Position numbers and translations under genes: made by a program. Shown in pieces: positions 39,247 through 47,802 of a stretch of 61,784 nt of DNA. Below the pieces are notes generated by a model, which worked only from the letters and a program-made list of their open reading frames with translations, searched no databases and had not been told where the DNA came from. Each line of letters starts with the position of its first letter. The first letter of the stretch is position 1. The stretch is from Clostridiales bacterium. Lineage in GTDB: Bacteria; Bacillota; Clostridia; Caldicoprobacterales; UBA3941. The stretch is taken from positions 1 to 61,784 of the forward strand of contig JAAYRX010000176.1 in the NCBI GenBank assembly GCA_012518535.1. Direction: 5' to 3'.

Positions 39247-39612
39247 ATGGATAGCCTTAAGGGGGAATGGCGTATTGTAATCTTACGAAACGATAAGGGA
39301 GTATATGTCCAACCCAAAGGAAGCATATCTTTTTTAACCGTCGACACAATAGAAAGACAAGTCTATGATTTTATCAGAAAAGATGATACCAAGTTGGTAA
39401 TCGATCTTTCTAAGGTAAACTTTTTAGATAGCGCAGGGTTGGGAATGTTGATATCTTTCCTTAAGCATATGAAGAGCCAAAACGGAATAATGATTGTGGA
39501 GTATCCCCAATTGGGGGTACAGAAGCTATTGGAGATGACACGCATGGATGAACTGTTTGAGATAAAGAAAACCCCCGAACCATCAACAGGTAGTTGGGGT
39601 GAATATATATAA
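39247..39612 (+). CDS. STAS-domain protein (anti-sigma-factor antagonist, SpoIIAA/RsbV-like)
   Basis: The motif FLDSAGLGMLISF carries the conserved phosphorylatable Ser. Length is 121 aa. Confidence 0.8.
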   Translation: MDSLKGEWRIVILRNDKGVYVQPKGSISFLTVDTIERQVYDFIRKDDTKLVIDLSKVNFLDSAGLGMLISFLKHMKSQNGIMIVEYPQLGVQKLLEMTRMDELFEIKKTPEPSTGSWGEYI

Positions 39613-39657
39613 AAAATAAAGCATCGGACATGGAAATATGTCCGATGCTTTATTTTT
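39612..39657. terminator. strong bidirectional terminator
   Basis: 14-bp stem aaagcatcggacat / atgtccgatgcttt, flanked by A and T runs. Confidence 0.85.
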
Positions 39658-39781
39658 GCCGTAAATTAATGGGAGCGAAAAGGTATAACAAATAGCTTTG
39701 GGCTACCAAATCCTATGCTGCGGCAATTTGCAGGGGTAAATGATTTAGCTTAATCGCGGAGGGGTCAAGCTCGATTTATTG

Positions 39782-39806
39782 GATATTAACATAGTATGTT
39801 AATATC
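39782..39806. repeat. perfect 25-bp palindrome (12-1-12) just upstream of cotJA; candidate operator
   Basis: GATATTAACATA g TATGTTAATATC. It ends 14 nt before the cotJA RBS. Confidence 0.9.
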
Positions 39807-39833
39807 ATAACATTTATATGGAGGAGTATAGAC

Positions 39834-40046
39834 ATGATGGAGGGATATAAACCAAAAGATCTCACAAAGGTATGGGAATCGGATAATGCTGTACTACCCT
39901 TCCCGCCAAATTCTAAATTGGCCCGAGCCTTCTTTGTTGCCCAAAGATATACAACCGCCTTCCCACCAAGGGAGGCCTTGAATAGGGGAACTATGTTCCC
40001 GGAATTGTTTACCCCCTGGCCCAGTAACGATAGGGTAGGTATGTAA
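39834..40046 (+). CDS. cotJA: spore coat-associated protein CotJA
   Basis: It carries AQRYTTAFPPREALNRGTMFPELFTPW, the CotJA signature (eAL..GT.FPeL). RBS GGAGGAG is present. Confidence 0.85.
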   Translation: MMEGYKPKDLTKVWESDNAVLPFPPNSKLARAFFVAQRYTTAFPPREALNRGTMFPELFTPWPSNDRVGM

Positions 40047-40061
40047 AGGAGGATGTTCTTC

Positions 40062-40319
40062 ATGACAGTAAGCGATAGAGTCCGACTTCTGGATGAAATC
40101 CGTATTTTGGAATTTATAGCAGTGGAGCTTAATTTGTATTTAGACAATAACCCCAATGATCATAAGGCCATTAGAGATTATAATTCTTTTACCAAACAAT
40201 TAATGGCGGTAAAAGATGAATATCAAAGAAGGTACGGTCCATTGAGCAATTTCGGAACAGCATGGAGCCAATCCCCCTGGGCATGGCTAAACGACCCATG
40301 GCCATGGGAACTTGATTAG
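40062..40319 (+). CDS. cotJB: spore coat protein CotJB
   Basis: It carries LLDEIRILEFIAVELNLYLDNNPND...YQRRYGPL. The start ATG is 9 nt after AAGGAGG. Confidence 0.85.
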   Translation: MTVSDRVRLLDEIRILEFIAVELNLYLDNNPNDHKAIRDYNSFTKQLMAVKDEYQRRYGPLSNFGTAWSQSPWAWLNDPWPWELD

Positions 40320-40335
40320 AGGGAGGAATATTTAT

Positions 40336-40908
40336 ATGTGGATATATGAAAAAAAGTTGCAATTTCCCATCAGAATCAAAAACCCAAACCCAAAGATGGC
40401 AACCCTTATAATTAGCCAATACGGAGGTCCGGACGGAGAATTAGCCGCATCCCTAAGATATTTATCTCAGAGATACATTATGCCTATATCCGAAGGGAAA
40501 GCCCTTTTAACGGACATAGGTACCGAGGAGCTTGCCCATTTCGAGATGGTGGGTACCATGGTTTATCAACTGATGAAGGGCGCCTCAGATGAAGAAATCA
40601 AGGCATCAGGAGCCGGACCATATTTTACAGATCATGGACGGGGTGTTTATCCTACGTCTGCAGCAGGCAATCCATTTACTGCAGCATATATTCAATCAAA
40701 AGGCGATCCCATAGCAGATCTGAATGAGGACCTGGCGGCAGAACAAAAGGCACGCAGTACTTATGAATGGCTTTTAAGAATGGCGGATGATCCTGATGTT
40801 ATAGAGCCTCTAAAGTTCCTAAGACAACGGGAAGTGGTTCACTACCAAAGATTTGGCGAATTATTAATGAAGGTTCAAGATTACGTAGAATCAAAAAAAT
40901 ATTTTTAG
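40336..40908 (+). CDS. cotJC: spore coat protein CotJC (manganese-catalase/ferritin-like family)
   Basis: MWIYEKKLQFPIRIKNPNPKMA..QYGGPDGELAASLRYLSQRY..DIGTEELAHFEM aligns closely with B. subtilis CotJC as I recall it. Confidence 0.9.
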   Translation: MWIYEKKLQFPIRIKNPNPKMATLIISQYGGPDGELAASLRYLSQRYIMPISEGKALLTDIGTEELAHFEMVGTMVYQLMKGASDEEIKASGAGPYFTDHGRGVYPTSAAGNPFTAAYIQSKGDPIADLNEDLAAEQKARSTYEWLLRMADDPDVIEPLKFLRQREVVHYQRFGELLMKVQDYVESKKYF

Positions 40909-40957
40909 CTATTAAGAGAAACATGTAGTAAGGATATTAAGAGCCTGTTTAGAAAAG

Positions 40958-41004
40958 TCGGCCCATACCTTGCCCGATCAGCGGCCAAGACATGGGCCGA
41001 TTTT
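40958..41004 (+). terminator. probable terminator after cotJC
   Basis: 9-bp stem tcggcccat / atgggccga enclosing a partly paired 25-nt loop, followed by tttt. Confidence 0.5.
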
Positions 41005-41208
41005 ATGCCGTTTAGTCATGCTTTTCCGGTATGTGGTTGAGGAACATAACAGATACCTGGGTCCAAACCATGTATATTTATTGGAATAGAAATAGGGAAG
41101 CGGCCTAATTATGACATGTTGTTGGATATGATTTGGTTGTTTTATCAATTTGATGTATAATTTAGAGGGGTATCGGGTGTAAGCTAATAAGGAGGTAGAG
41201 ATACCGTT

Positions 41209-42978
41209 ATGGTGCAAGGAAATACTGATGGATTGTCCAAGATAATTATAGCAGAGCTGGAATCCTTATTTGATGTCATAGTACCCAGGGATGAGTTTTG
41301 TACCCATGAGATTATTGATAAACTGTGCAAATTGACAACGATCGCTAATAGAGAGATATCCATATATATTGACCGAAATGGAAGGGTCTTAGACGTTTCT
41401 GTAGGAGATATAGGTCAGGTAGCCCTGCCCTATATGCGTACTCGCAGGAGTAAAACACGTCTAAATGGGATAAGGTGCATTCATACCCACCCGGGTGGAA
41501 GCGGAACCTTGTCTGGCGTAGATTTAAACGCTTTGACGACTATGAATTTGGATTCAATAGCTGCTATAGGAGTATTTGATGGAAAGTTTAGTCAAGGATA
41601 TGCGGCCTTTATCAATCCACCGGAAAGTGAACAAGAAATTACCATAGTCGGACCTATGTCCCGAACGGAGTTTTGCCATAGGGAGCTGATGGAATATATA
41701 TATGAAAGGGACAAGGCTATTCAACACAGGGACACGGTAGAAGTAGTAGATGATAACGAGGAGAGAGCCATACTTGTTGGGTTGGATTCATATGGTGAGG
41801 GAGTGACATCACTGGAGGAGTTAGAACAACTGGCAGATACGGCAGGGGCGGTTGTTGTCAGCAAGATGACCCAAAACAGAAAGGTGCCTGATACAGCCAC
41901 CTACATAGGAAAAGGAAAGGCAGAAGAGCTGGCTTTACTGTGCAGGGCGCATAATGTAAATCTTGTTATTTTTGATGATGAACTTTCTCCATCCCAGATT
42001 CGAAATTTAAACGATATTATAGGAATCAGGATTATAGACAGGACGGCCTTAATTCTGGACATTTTCGCCGGAAGGGCTGTATCCAGGGAAGGGAAGCTCC
42101 AGGTAGAATTAGCCCAATTGAAATATAGATTGCCCAGGCTAATGGGAATGGGCGTTATGCTTTCCAGATTGGGCGCAGGCATCGGTACAAGGGGCCCCGG
42201 GGAAAAGAAACTGGAAACCGATAGAAGACACATTCGCAGAAGGATTGGGGAGATAGAGAGGGATCTGGATAAGGTCAGGGATAGGCGTCAGTCCCTGCGG
42301 GAAAGAAGGGAAAGGAACCAGATACCCGTAGTTGCCCTGGTAGGCTACACAAATGCTGGTAAAAGCAGTTTAATGAATGCCCTGAGTGGGAGTAGCGTGT
42401 TGGTCGAGAACAAGCTCTTTGCCACCCTTGATCCCATACATCGGGGTATAACCCTACCCAATGGGCAGGAAATTCTTCTAGTGGATACTGTGGGATTTAT
42501 TAATAAGCTGCCCCATGATCTTGTAGAGGCCTTTAAGTCCACCTTGGAGGAGGCTGTCTATGCTGATCTGCTTCTTCATGTAGTGGACGCTTCATCACTA
42601 AATCTGGAAGAGCAGATGGTTGTTGTGGAACATCTTTTGGATTCCCTGGGCTGCAGCCAAACCATCATTACAGTCTATAATAAAATGGATATTGTAGGGG
42701 AAGAAGTTTTTGGTGCACCTGGGAAAAAACCAACAGCATATATTTCATCCATGGATAAAACGGGTCTGGAAGAACTGGTAGAGTTAATTGCAGAAAATTT
42801 GCCTGTCAAAAGAAGGAGGGTGGAATTGCTTATCCCTTATGAGGACGGACATGTGCTATCCCAGATACACGATCAGGGACAAGTATTGAAGGAAGAATAC
42901 AGGGGTGATGGAATATATTTTTATGCAGAACTGGATCCAGTATCTTATGGCCGCCTTATCAAGTATGAAATCAAATAA
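41209..42978 (+). CDS. hflX: GTPase HflX, long form with a ~180-aa N-terminal extension
   Basis: The canonical HflX part starts near residue 184 ([10 protein letters not shown]...). G motifs are [15 protein letters not shown] and NKMD. The extension contains [14 protein letters not shown]. Confidence 0.9.
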   Translation: MVQGNTDGLSKIIIAELESLFDVIVPRDEFCTHEIIDKLCKLTTIANREISIYIDRNGRVLDVSVGDIGQVALPYMRTRRSKTRLNGIRCIHTHPGGSGTLSGVDLNALTTMNLDSIAAIGVFDGKFSQGYAAFINPPESEQEITIVGPMSRTEFCHRELMEYIYERDKAIQHRDTVEVVDDNEERAILVGLDSYGEGVTSLEELEQLADTAGAVVVSKMTQNRKVPDTATYIGKGKAEELALLCRAHNVNLVIFDDELSPSQIRNLNDIIGIRIIDRTALILDIFAGRAVSREGKLQVELAQLKYRLPRLMGMGVMLSRLGAGIGTRGPGEKKLETDRRHIRRRIGEIERDLDKVRDRRQSLRERRERNQIPVVALVGYTNAGKSSLMNALSGSSVLVENKLFATLDPIHRGITLPNGQEILLVDTVGFINKLPHDLVEAFKSTLEEAVYADLLLHVVDASSLNLEEQMVVVEHLLDSLGCSQTIITVYNKMDIVGEEVFGAPGKKPTAYISSMDKTGLEELVELIAENLPVKRRRVELLIPYEDGHVLSQIHDQGQVLKEEYRGDGIYFYAELDPVSYGRLIKYEIK

Positions 42979-43065
42979 AAGGGTATATTTTTTGTTTTGA
43001 AGTATAGATTAGAGGTATATAAATGTACAAGCAGGCTACATGACAAAAAAATAGGAGTGATAATC

Positions 43066-43257
43066 ATGAAGGTATTTGTCGATCAGGATCTATGTATCAG
43101 TTGTGGGTTATGCATTAGCATATGCGAGGACGTATTTTCCTGGAATGAAGATGATAAAGCAGAAGCCATCGATGATGAAATTCCTGAGGATTTGGTAGAA
43201 GATGTTGAGGAAGCTGTGGAAAGTTGCCCCACTGAAGCAATTAAGTATCAAGAATGA
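43066..43257 (+). CDS. small [4Fe-4S] ferredoxin
   Basis: It is a 63-aa acidic protein with CISCGLCISIC ... CP. RBS AGGAGTGA is present; the listed ORF starts 23 codons earlier. Confidence 0.8.
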   Translation: MKVFVDQDLCISCGLCISICEDVFSWNEDDKAEAIDDEIPEDLVEDVEEAVESCPTEAIKYQE

Positions 43258-43266
43258 TGAAGCTAA

Positions 43267-43305
43267 AATAACCCACTTCAGGGAATCTACCCGGGGTGGG
43301 TTATT
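43267..43305 (+). terminator. possible terminator after the ferredoxin gene
   Basis: 10-bp stem aataacccac / gtgggttatt with a 19-nt loop and a poor T tract. Confidence 0.4.
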
Positions 43306-43499
43306 CATATATCATACACACAAACCATTTAATGTAAATTAATCGATTTTATTTATGCAATCTTTTCAAAAAAGCACCCATGATTTTTGATAATATAGCT
43401 ATAGCCAGATTGTTCTTATAGGGATATAATTGTTTTATATTAATAGAAACCCTTGATTTGTATCATAATGATGCAAAATAATAATGTGGAGGGATAATA

Positions 43500-44615
43500 A
43501 TGGCAAGTGTAACCATGAAACAATTGTATAAAGTATATCCAGGGGGCGTCACTGCCGTCAGTGATTTTAACCTTGATGTAGCCGATAAAGAATTTATTGT
43601 TCTTGTCGGACCTTCAGGATGTGGAAAAACCACTACCCTGAGAATGGTTGCAGGGCTGGAAGAGATTACTGAAGGAGAACTTTATATTGGCGATAAGTTA
43701 ATGAATGACGTAGCTCCAAAAGACAGGGATATCGCAATGGTTTTCCAAAACTATGCACTTTATCCTCATATGACTGTTTATGATAACATGGCTTTCGGAC
43801 TTAAACTGAGGAAAACCCCCAAAGCTGAGATAGACCGCCGTGTTAAAGAGGCTTCAAGGATTCTGGATATTGAGCACCTACTCAACAGAAAGCCCAAGGC
43901 CTTGTCAGGTGGACAAAGACAAAGGGTGGCCCTGGGTCGTGCTATTGTTCGTGAACCCAAGGTTTTCCTAATGGACGAACCTCTATCTAACTTAGACGCT
44001 AAGTTAAGGGTTCAAATGAGAACTGAGATCACAAAGCTCCATAATAGGTTGCAGACAACGTTTATATATGTTACTCATGACCAGACAGAAGCCATGACTA
44101 TGGGTACCAGAATCGTTGTTATGAAGGACGGATTCATCCAACAGGTTGACTCCCCTCAAAACCTCTACGATTATCCTGTAAATCTTTTCGTTGCCGGATT
44201 TATTGGAAGTCCTCAGATGAACTTTATTGATGTGGCCTTGACCAAAGAAGGCGACTCAGTATATGCCGTATTTGGCGAAAACAAGATCAGAATACCCGAA
44301 GGCAAGATCAAGAAGCTAAAGGATTCTTCCTATATTGGAAAAGAGGTAATCATGGGTGTAAGGCCCGAGGATCTTCACGACGAAGAAATATTCCTGCAAA
44401 GTGCAGCTGACAGCACCATTAAGGCATATGTAGACGTCGTAGAATTGATGGGTTCGGAAACTTACCTATATCTAAACGTAGCAGGCTCCAATATTACCGC
44501 CAGGGTAGACCCAAGATCTACTGCCAGGGCCGGTGACACTATCAAGATAGCTCTGGATCCTAATAGACTTCATTTCTTTGATAAGGATACAGAGGAGAGT
44601 TTACTCCTTAGATAG
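43500..44615 (+). CDS. orphan sugar ABC-transporter ATPase (MsmX/MalK/UgpC type)
   Basis: It has Walker A GPSGCGKTT, signature LSGGQRQR, Walker B FLMDEPLS, and a C-terminal TOBE-like domain. No permease gene is adjacent. Confidence 0.9.
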   Translation: MASVTMKQLYKVYPGGVTAVSDFNLDVADKEFIVLVGPSGCGKTTTLRMVAGLEEITEGELYIGDKLMNDVAPKDRDIAMVFQNYALYPHMTVYDNMAFGLKLRKTPKAEIDRRVKEASRILDIEHLLNRKPKALSGGQRQRVALGRAIVREPKVFLMDEPLSNLDAKLRVQMRTEITKLHNRLQTTFIYVTHDQTEAMTMGTRIVVMKDGFIQQVDSPQNLYDYPVNLFVAGFIGSPQMNFIDVALTKEGDSVYAVFGENKIRIPEGKIKKLKDSSYIGKEVIMGVRPEDLHDEEIFLQSAADSTIKAYVDVVELMGSETYLYLNVAGSNITARVDPRSTARAGDTIKIALDPNRLHFFDKDTEESLLLR

Positions 44616-44674
44616 AACCCATGGGGTTTTACGAAGTCAAATAGATTTTTGAAAAAAAAGAGGATTTTGCGAGA

Positions 44675-44717
44675 AAAAGCAGAAATATTATCAGATAGAT
44701 GGTATTTCTGCTTTTTT
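44675..44717 (+). terminator. Rho-independent terminator
   Basis: 13-bp stem aaaagcagaaata / tatttctgctttt, ending in a T run. Confidence 0.8.
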
Positions 44718-44964
44718 AATGCCAAAATCGATACAGACTTGCAATACCCCAATAAGCCTCTACTCTAATGTCGATTTTCCTGGGTATATGCATAATATCT
44801 ATATAAAAAGTCCTTCCGGTGTCATATTAGGACAAAATTCCCACTTTATTATAACAACAAAATTATATATACTTGTAATAGAGGCCACAGACTAAGCTCA
44901 AATACTCCAGGTAGCAGGGTCTTGAAACTACATTGCATGTCGAATGTAGGAAAAAGGTGATAGA

Positions 44965-46050
44965 ATGTTGATAGAGCGACACATGCAAAGGATCTTGGGT
45001 AAAATAGCCAAAAGTATACAGGTGGAAATAGATGTACTTAATTCCGACGGCGAAATTGTGGCAAGCAGCAATAAACCTCGGATTGGTGTTCAGGAGGTCT
45101 TTGTAAAGGCTAATCCTAACATAGGGGAGAAAAATAGGTTTATATTTGGCGGGCGTACTTATATGAAATTTAACGCCGGTATCAATCGTATTTACTATCT
45201 TTCCATGGAAGGAACCAGCAGGGCAATTACGAACTACTGCATCCTGGCTATCTCCCTAATGGAATTATACTTAAAAACAACCATCAAGAAGATGGACAAG
45301 GAAGATACCATATCTGCTGCCTTGACGGGGCAGATAACGGACTTGGAGTTTCATGAAGCTGTAGAGAATTTTAGTATCGAAGTCAATATACCACGATGTG
45401 TTTTTGTTATTAGGACAGTGGGTAAGGAAGCACTTGAAATATATAAGATCATGCTAAATGTCTTCCCGAAGCATATGGAGGATTTTCTAGTCCTGATAGA
45501 TAGTCAAACTATTGGATTGCTTAAAACCATAATAGACGATATGGATAAAAGTGATCTGATGCAACTGGGTGTTGCCATTGAAGATACTATTTTAAATGAG
45601 GCTTCAGTAGAATCCTATATTGGTATTGGTAAGGTCAAGGATAATATCTACGATATACGCGAGTCGTATTTGGAGGCTGAGAGTGCCATAAATATAGGCA
45701 TAATCCATGAACCCAGCCTAAGGGTGTATTCTTATGAAACCCTGTTACTGGAGAGATTTTTAGGTGAGATATCCGCCAGTATAGGTGAAAAATATTATAA
45801 GCAAATATTCCATGAGGAATATGCTAAAGTTTTAACCGATGAGATGATTGCTACAGTAGAGAAGTTTTTTGAAAACCACTTAAATCTCAGCGAAACTTCC
45901 AGACAACTCTATATTCATAGAAACACTCTGGTTTATAGGTTGGATAAAATCCAAAATACCTTGGGACTTGATCTGAGGAATTTCCATGATGCAGTAACTT
46001 TTAAAATAATGATGATGTTGGAAAGACAATATCGGGAGTGTTCAAATTGA
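44965..46050 (+). CDS. CdaR/PucR-family transcriptional regulator (sugar-diacid-recognition-like N-domain + PucR HTH)
   Basis: The N-terminus QRILGKIAKSIQVEIDVLNSDGEIVASSNKPRIG resembles the Diacid_rec pattern. The C-terminal HTH is LSETSRQLYIHRNTLVYRLDKIQNTLGLDL. Confidence 0.75.
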   Translation: MLIERHMQRILGKIAKSIQVEIDVLNSDGEIVASSNKPRIGVQEVFVKANPNIGEKNRFIFGGRTYMKFNAGINRIYYLSMEGTSRAITNYCILAISLMELYLKTTIKKMDKEDTISAALTGQITDLEFHEAVENFSIEVNIPRCVFVIRTVGKEALEIYKIMLNVFPKHMEDFLVLIDSQTIGLLKTIIDDMDKSDLMQLGVAIEDTILNEASVESYIGIGKVKDNIYDIRESYLEAESAINIGIIHEPSLRVYSYETLLLERFLGEISASIGEKYYKQIFHEEYAKVLTDEMIATVEKFFENHLNLSETSRQLYIHRNTLVYRLDKIQNTLGLDLRNFHDAVTFKIMMMLERQYRECSN

Positions 46051-46733
46051 TACAATTTAAGAATGTCTCAAAGATATATGAAAACGGTACCAAAGCTTTG
46101 ACTAATATAGATCTAAAAATAGAGAAAGGAGAATTTGTTTTTCTGGTAGGGCCCAGCGGAGCAGGCAAGAGTACTGCCATAAAGCTACTACTAAAGGAAA
46201 CAGAGCCAACCAGCGGGCAAATAATAGTAAACGGTAGGGATATAACCGAGATAAAAAAAAGAGAGATACCGTTCCATAGAAGAAATATTGGAACCGTCTT
46301 TCAGGACTTCAGGCTGTTGCCGGATAAAACGGTTTATGAGAATGTAGCTTTTGCTATGGAGATTATAGAGGCCAGGGAAAGGGATATAAGACGGCAGGTA
46401 CCCAATGTTCTTGGCATGGTAGGTTTGGCTTCAAAAGCCGACTCCTATCCCCATCAGTTATCAGGCGGGGAACAGCAACGTACCACCTTAGCCAGGGCAA
46501 TAGTGAACAATCCGTCAATTTTAGTAGCAGATGAGCCTACGGGGAATTTGGATCCTGATACCTCCATGGATATAATGCGAATTATTAACATGATAAACCA
46601 TAGGGGGACAACAGTTATCATGGCTACACATGCCGACGATATAGTCAATGCCATGAGAAAGAGGGTAGTTACCTTTAACAAAGGGGTTATTATCAGGGAT
46701 CAGGAGAAGGGTAGGTATACAGGTGAAGATTAG
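46038..46733 (+). CDS. ftsE: cell-division ABC ATPase FtsE
   Basis: It has IQFKNVSKIY, GPSGAGKST, LSGGEQQR and LVADEPTGNLD. The start is GTG 46038 or TTG 46047; both lie inside the 3' end of the regulator gene. Confidence 0.93.
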   Translation: MFKLIQFKNVSKIYENGTKALTNIDLKIEKGEFVFLVGPSGAGKSTAIKLLLKETEPTSGQIIVNGRDITEIKKREIPFHRRNIGTVFQDFRLLPDKTVYENVAFAMEIIEARERDIRRQVPNVLGMVGLASKADSYPHQLSGGEQQRTTLARAIVNNPSILVADEPTGNLDPDTSMDIMRIINMINHRGTTVIMATHADDIVNAMRKRVVTFNKGVIIRDQEKGRYTGED

Positions 46734-47631
46734 AACGGTTAAGAACTTTTTTAAGGGAGCTATTCGTAACATTTTTCGAAATAGAGTACTGTCCTTTGCG
46801 TCAATTATTGCAATTATGTCCGCACTGTTCATATTGGGTGTAGTACTAATACTTGCCTTCAATCTGGAACATATGGCAGGTGGCATAGAATCAAAGATGG
46901 AGATAACCATTTTTCTGGATAAATCCGTTGGGCAGCTCCAGGGGAAGGCGGTATTTGATCAGGTAAAAGAGTTTGATGGTGTCTATGATGTGGAATTTGT
47001 ATCCAAGGAGCAGGGACTGGTTGAATGGAAACGGGATTTGGGTGAAAAAGGCAGCTTGCTTGACGGTTACGAAGGGGCGAGCAATCCCCTACCTGATAAG
47101 TTAATACTCAAGGTAGAAAAACCCGAATACGTAGACAGCATTATAACAAAAGCTAATTCTATTCCCGAGGTGGACAAGATAAACTACAGTCGGGAAGTGG
47201 CTGACACCATCGGAAAGATAGCCAGGGGCTCTCGTATAATTGGCCTATGGCTCATGATACTGTTGATTTCCGTTGCCATGATCATTATAAACAATACCGT
47301 TAAAATTACTATATATTCCCGACGCAATGAAATCAGTATCATGAAAAATGTTGGAGCTACAGACGCCTATATCCGTTGGCCATACATTATTGAGGGCTTT
47401 ACTTTGGGGATGTTTGCCGCCATTCTAGCAGGAGTCTTAGTAATTGGTGGCTACAATCTGTTATTGGACAGAAGCATTCAATTATCCAATAATTACAGCT
47501 TTCTCAGCCTATTTCAACCCCTGCCTATGGAAAGTGTGATATATGATATAGGGCTTATCTTTATATTGGTAGGTAGTGGGGTTGGAGTATTAGCCAGCTT
47601 TTTTTCCACCAGGAAATATCTGGATGTGTAA
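46723..47631 (+). CDS. ftsX: cell-division permease-like protein FtsX
   Basis: It has 4 TM segments and a large extracellular loop between TM1 and TM2. It overlaps ftsE by 11 nt. Confidence 0.9.
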   Translation: MKIRTVKNFFKGAIRNIFRNRVLSFASIIAIMSALFILGVVLILAFNLEHMAGGIESKMEITIFLDKSVGQLQGKAVFDQVKEFDGVYDVEFVSKEQGLVEWKRDLGEKGSLLDGYEGASNPLPDKLILKVEKPEYVDSIITKANSIPEVDKINYSREVADTIGKIARGSRIIGLWLMILLISVAMIIINNTVKITIYSRRNEISIMKNVGATDAYIRWPYIIEGFTLGMFAAILAGVLVIGGYNLLLDRSIQLSNNYSFLSLFQPLPMESVIYDIGLIFILVGSGVGVLASFFSTRKYLDV

Positions 47632-47802
47632 TACAGGAGATGATCCAATCCCCTGTCTTAGTCGATAATACACATGATGGTTATTGAACCTTCATTTGAG
47701 CATAGATAGAGAAAAATAATATCATCAATAACCTATCATGTATAGCGTATATATCAAACCAACCAGGACGATGAGTTAATGTGTCTAAGGATATAAAATG
47801 TT

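Noticed and set aside
41165-41208. 6-bp stem (ggtatc/gatacc) enclosing the hflX Shine-Dalgarno sequence; considered as a translational attenuator like those of antibiotic-induced hflX paralogs
   Set aside because: The stem is short with a 24-nt loop. No leader peptide or terminator is present, so the evidence is too weak to call.
40978-41217. 79-aa minus-strand ORF in the cotJC-hflX intergenic region
   Set aside because: It has no RBS and its composition is odd. It overlaps the cotJC terminator and the hflX promoter/RBS region, so it is likely spurious.
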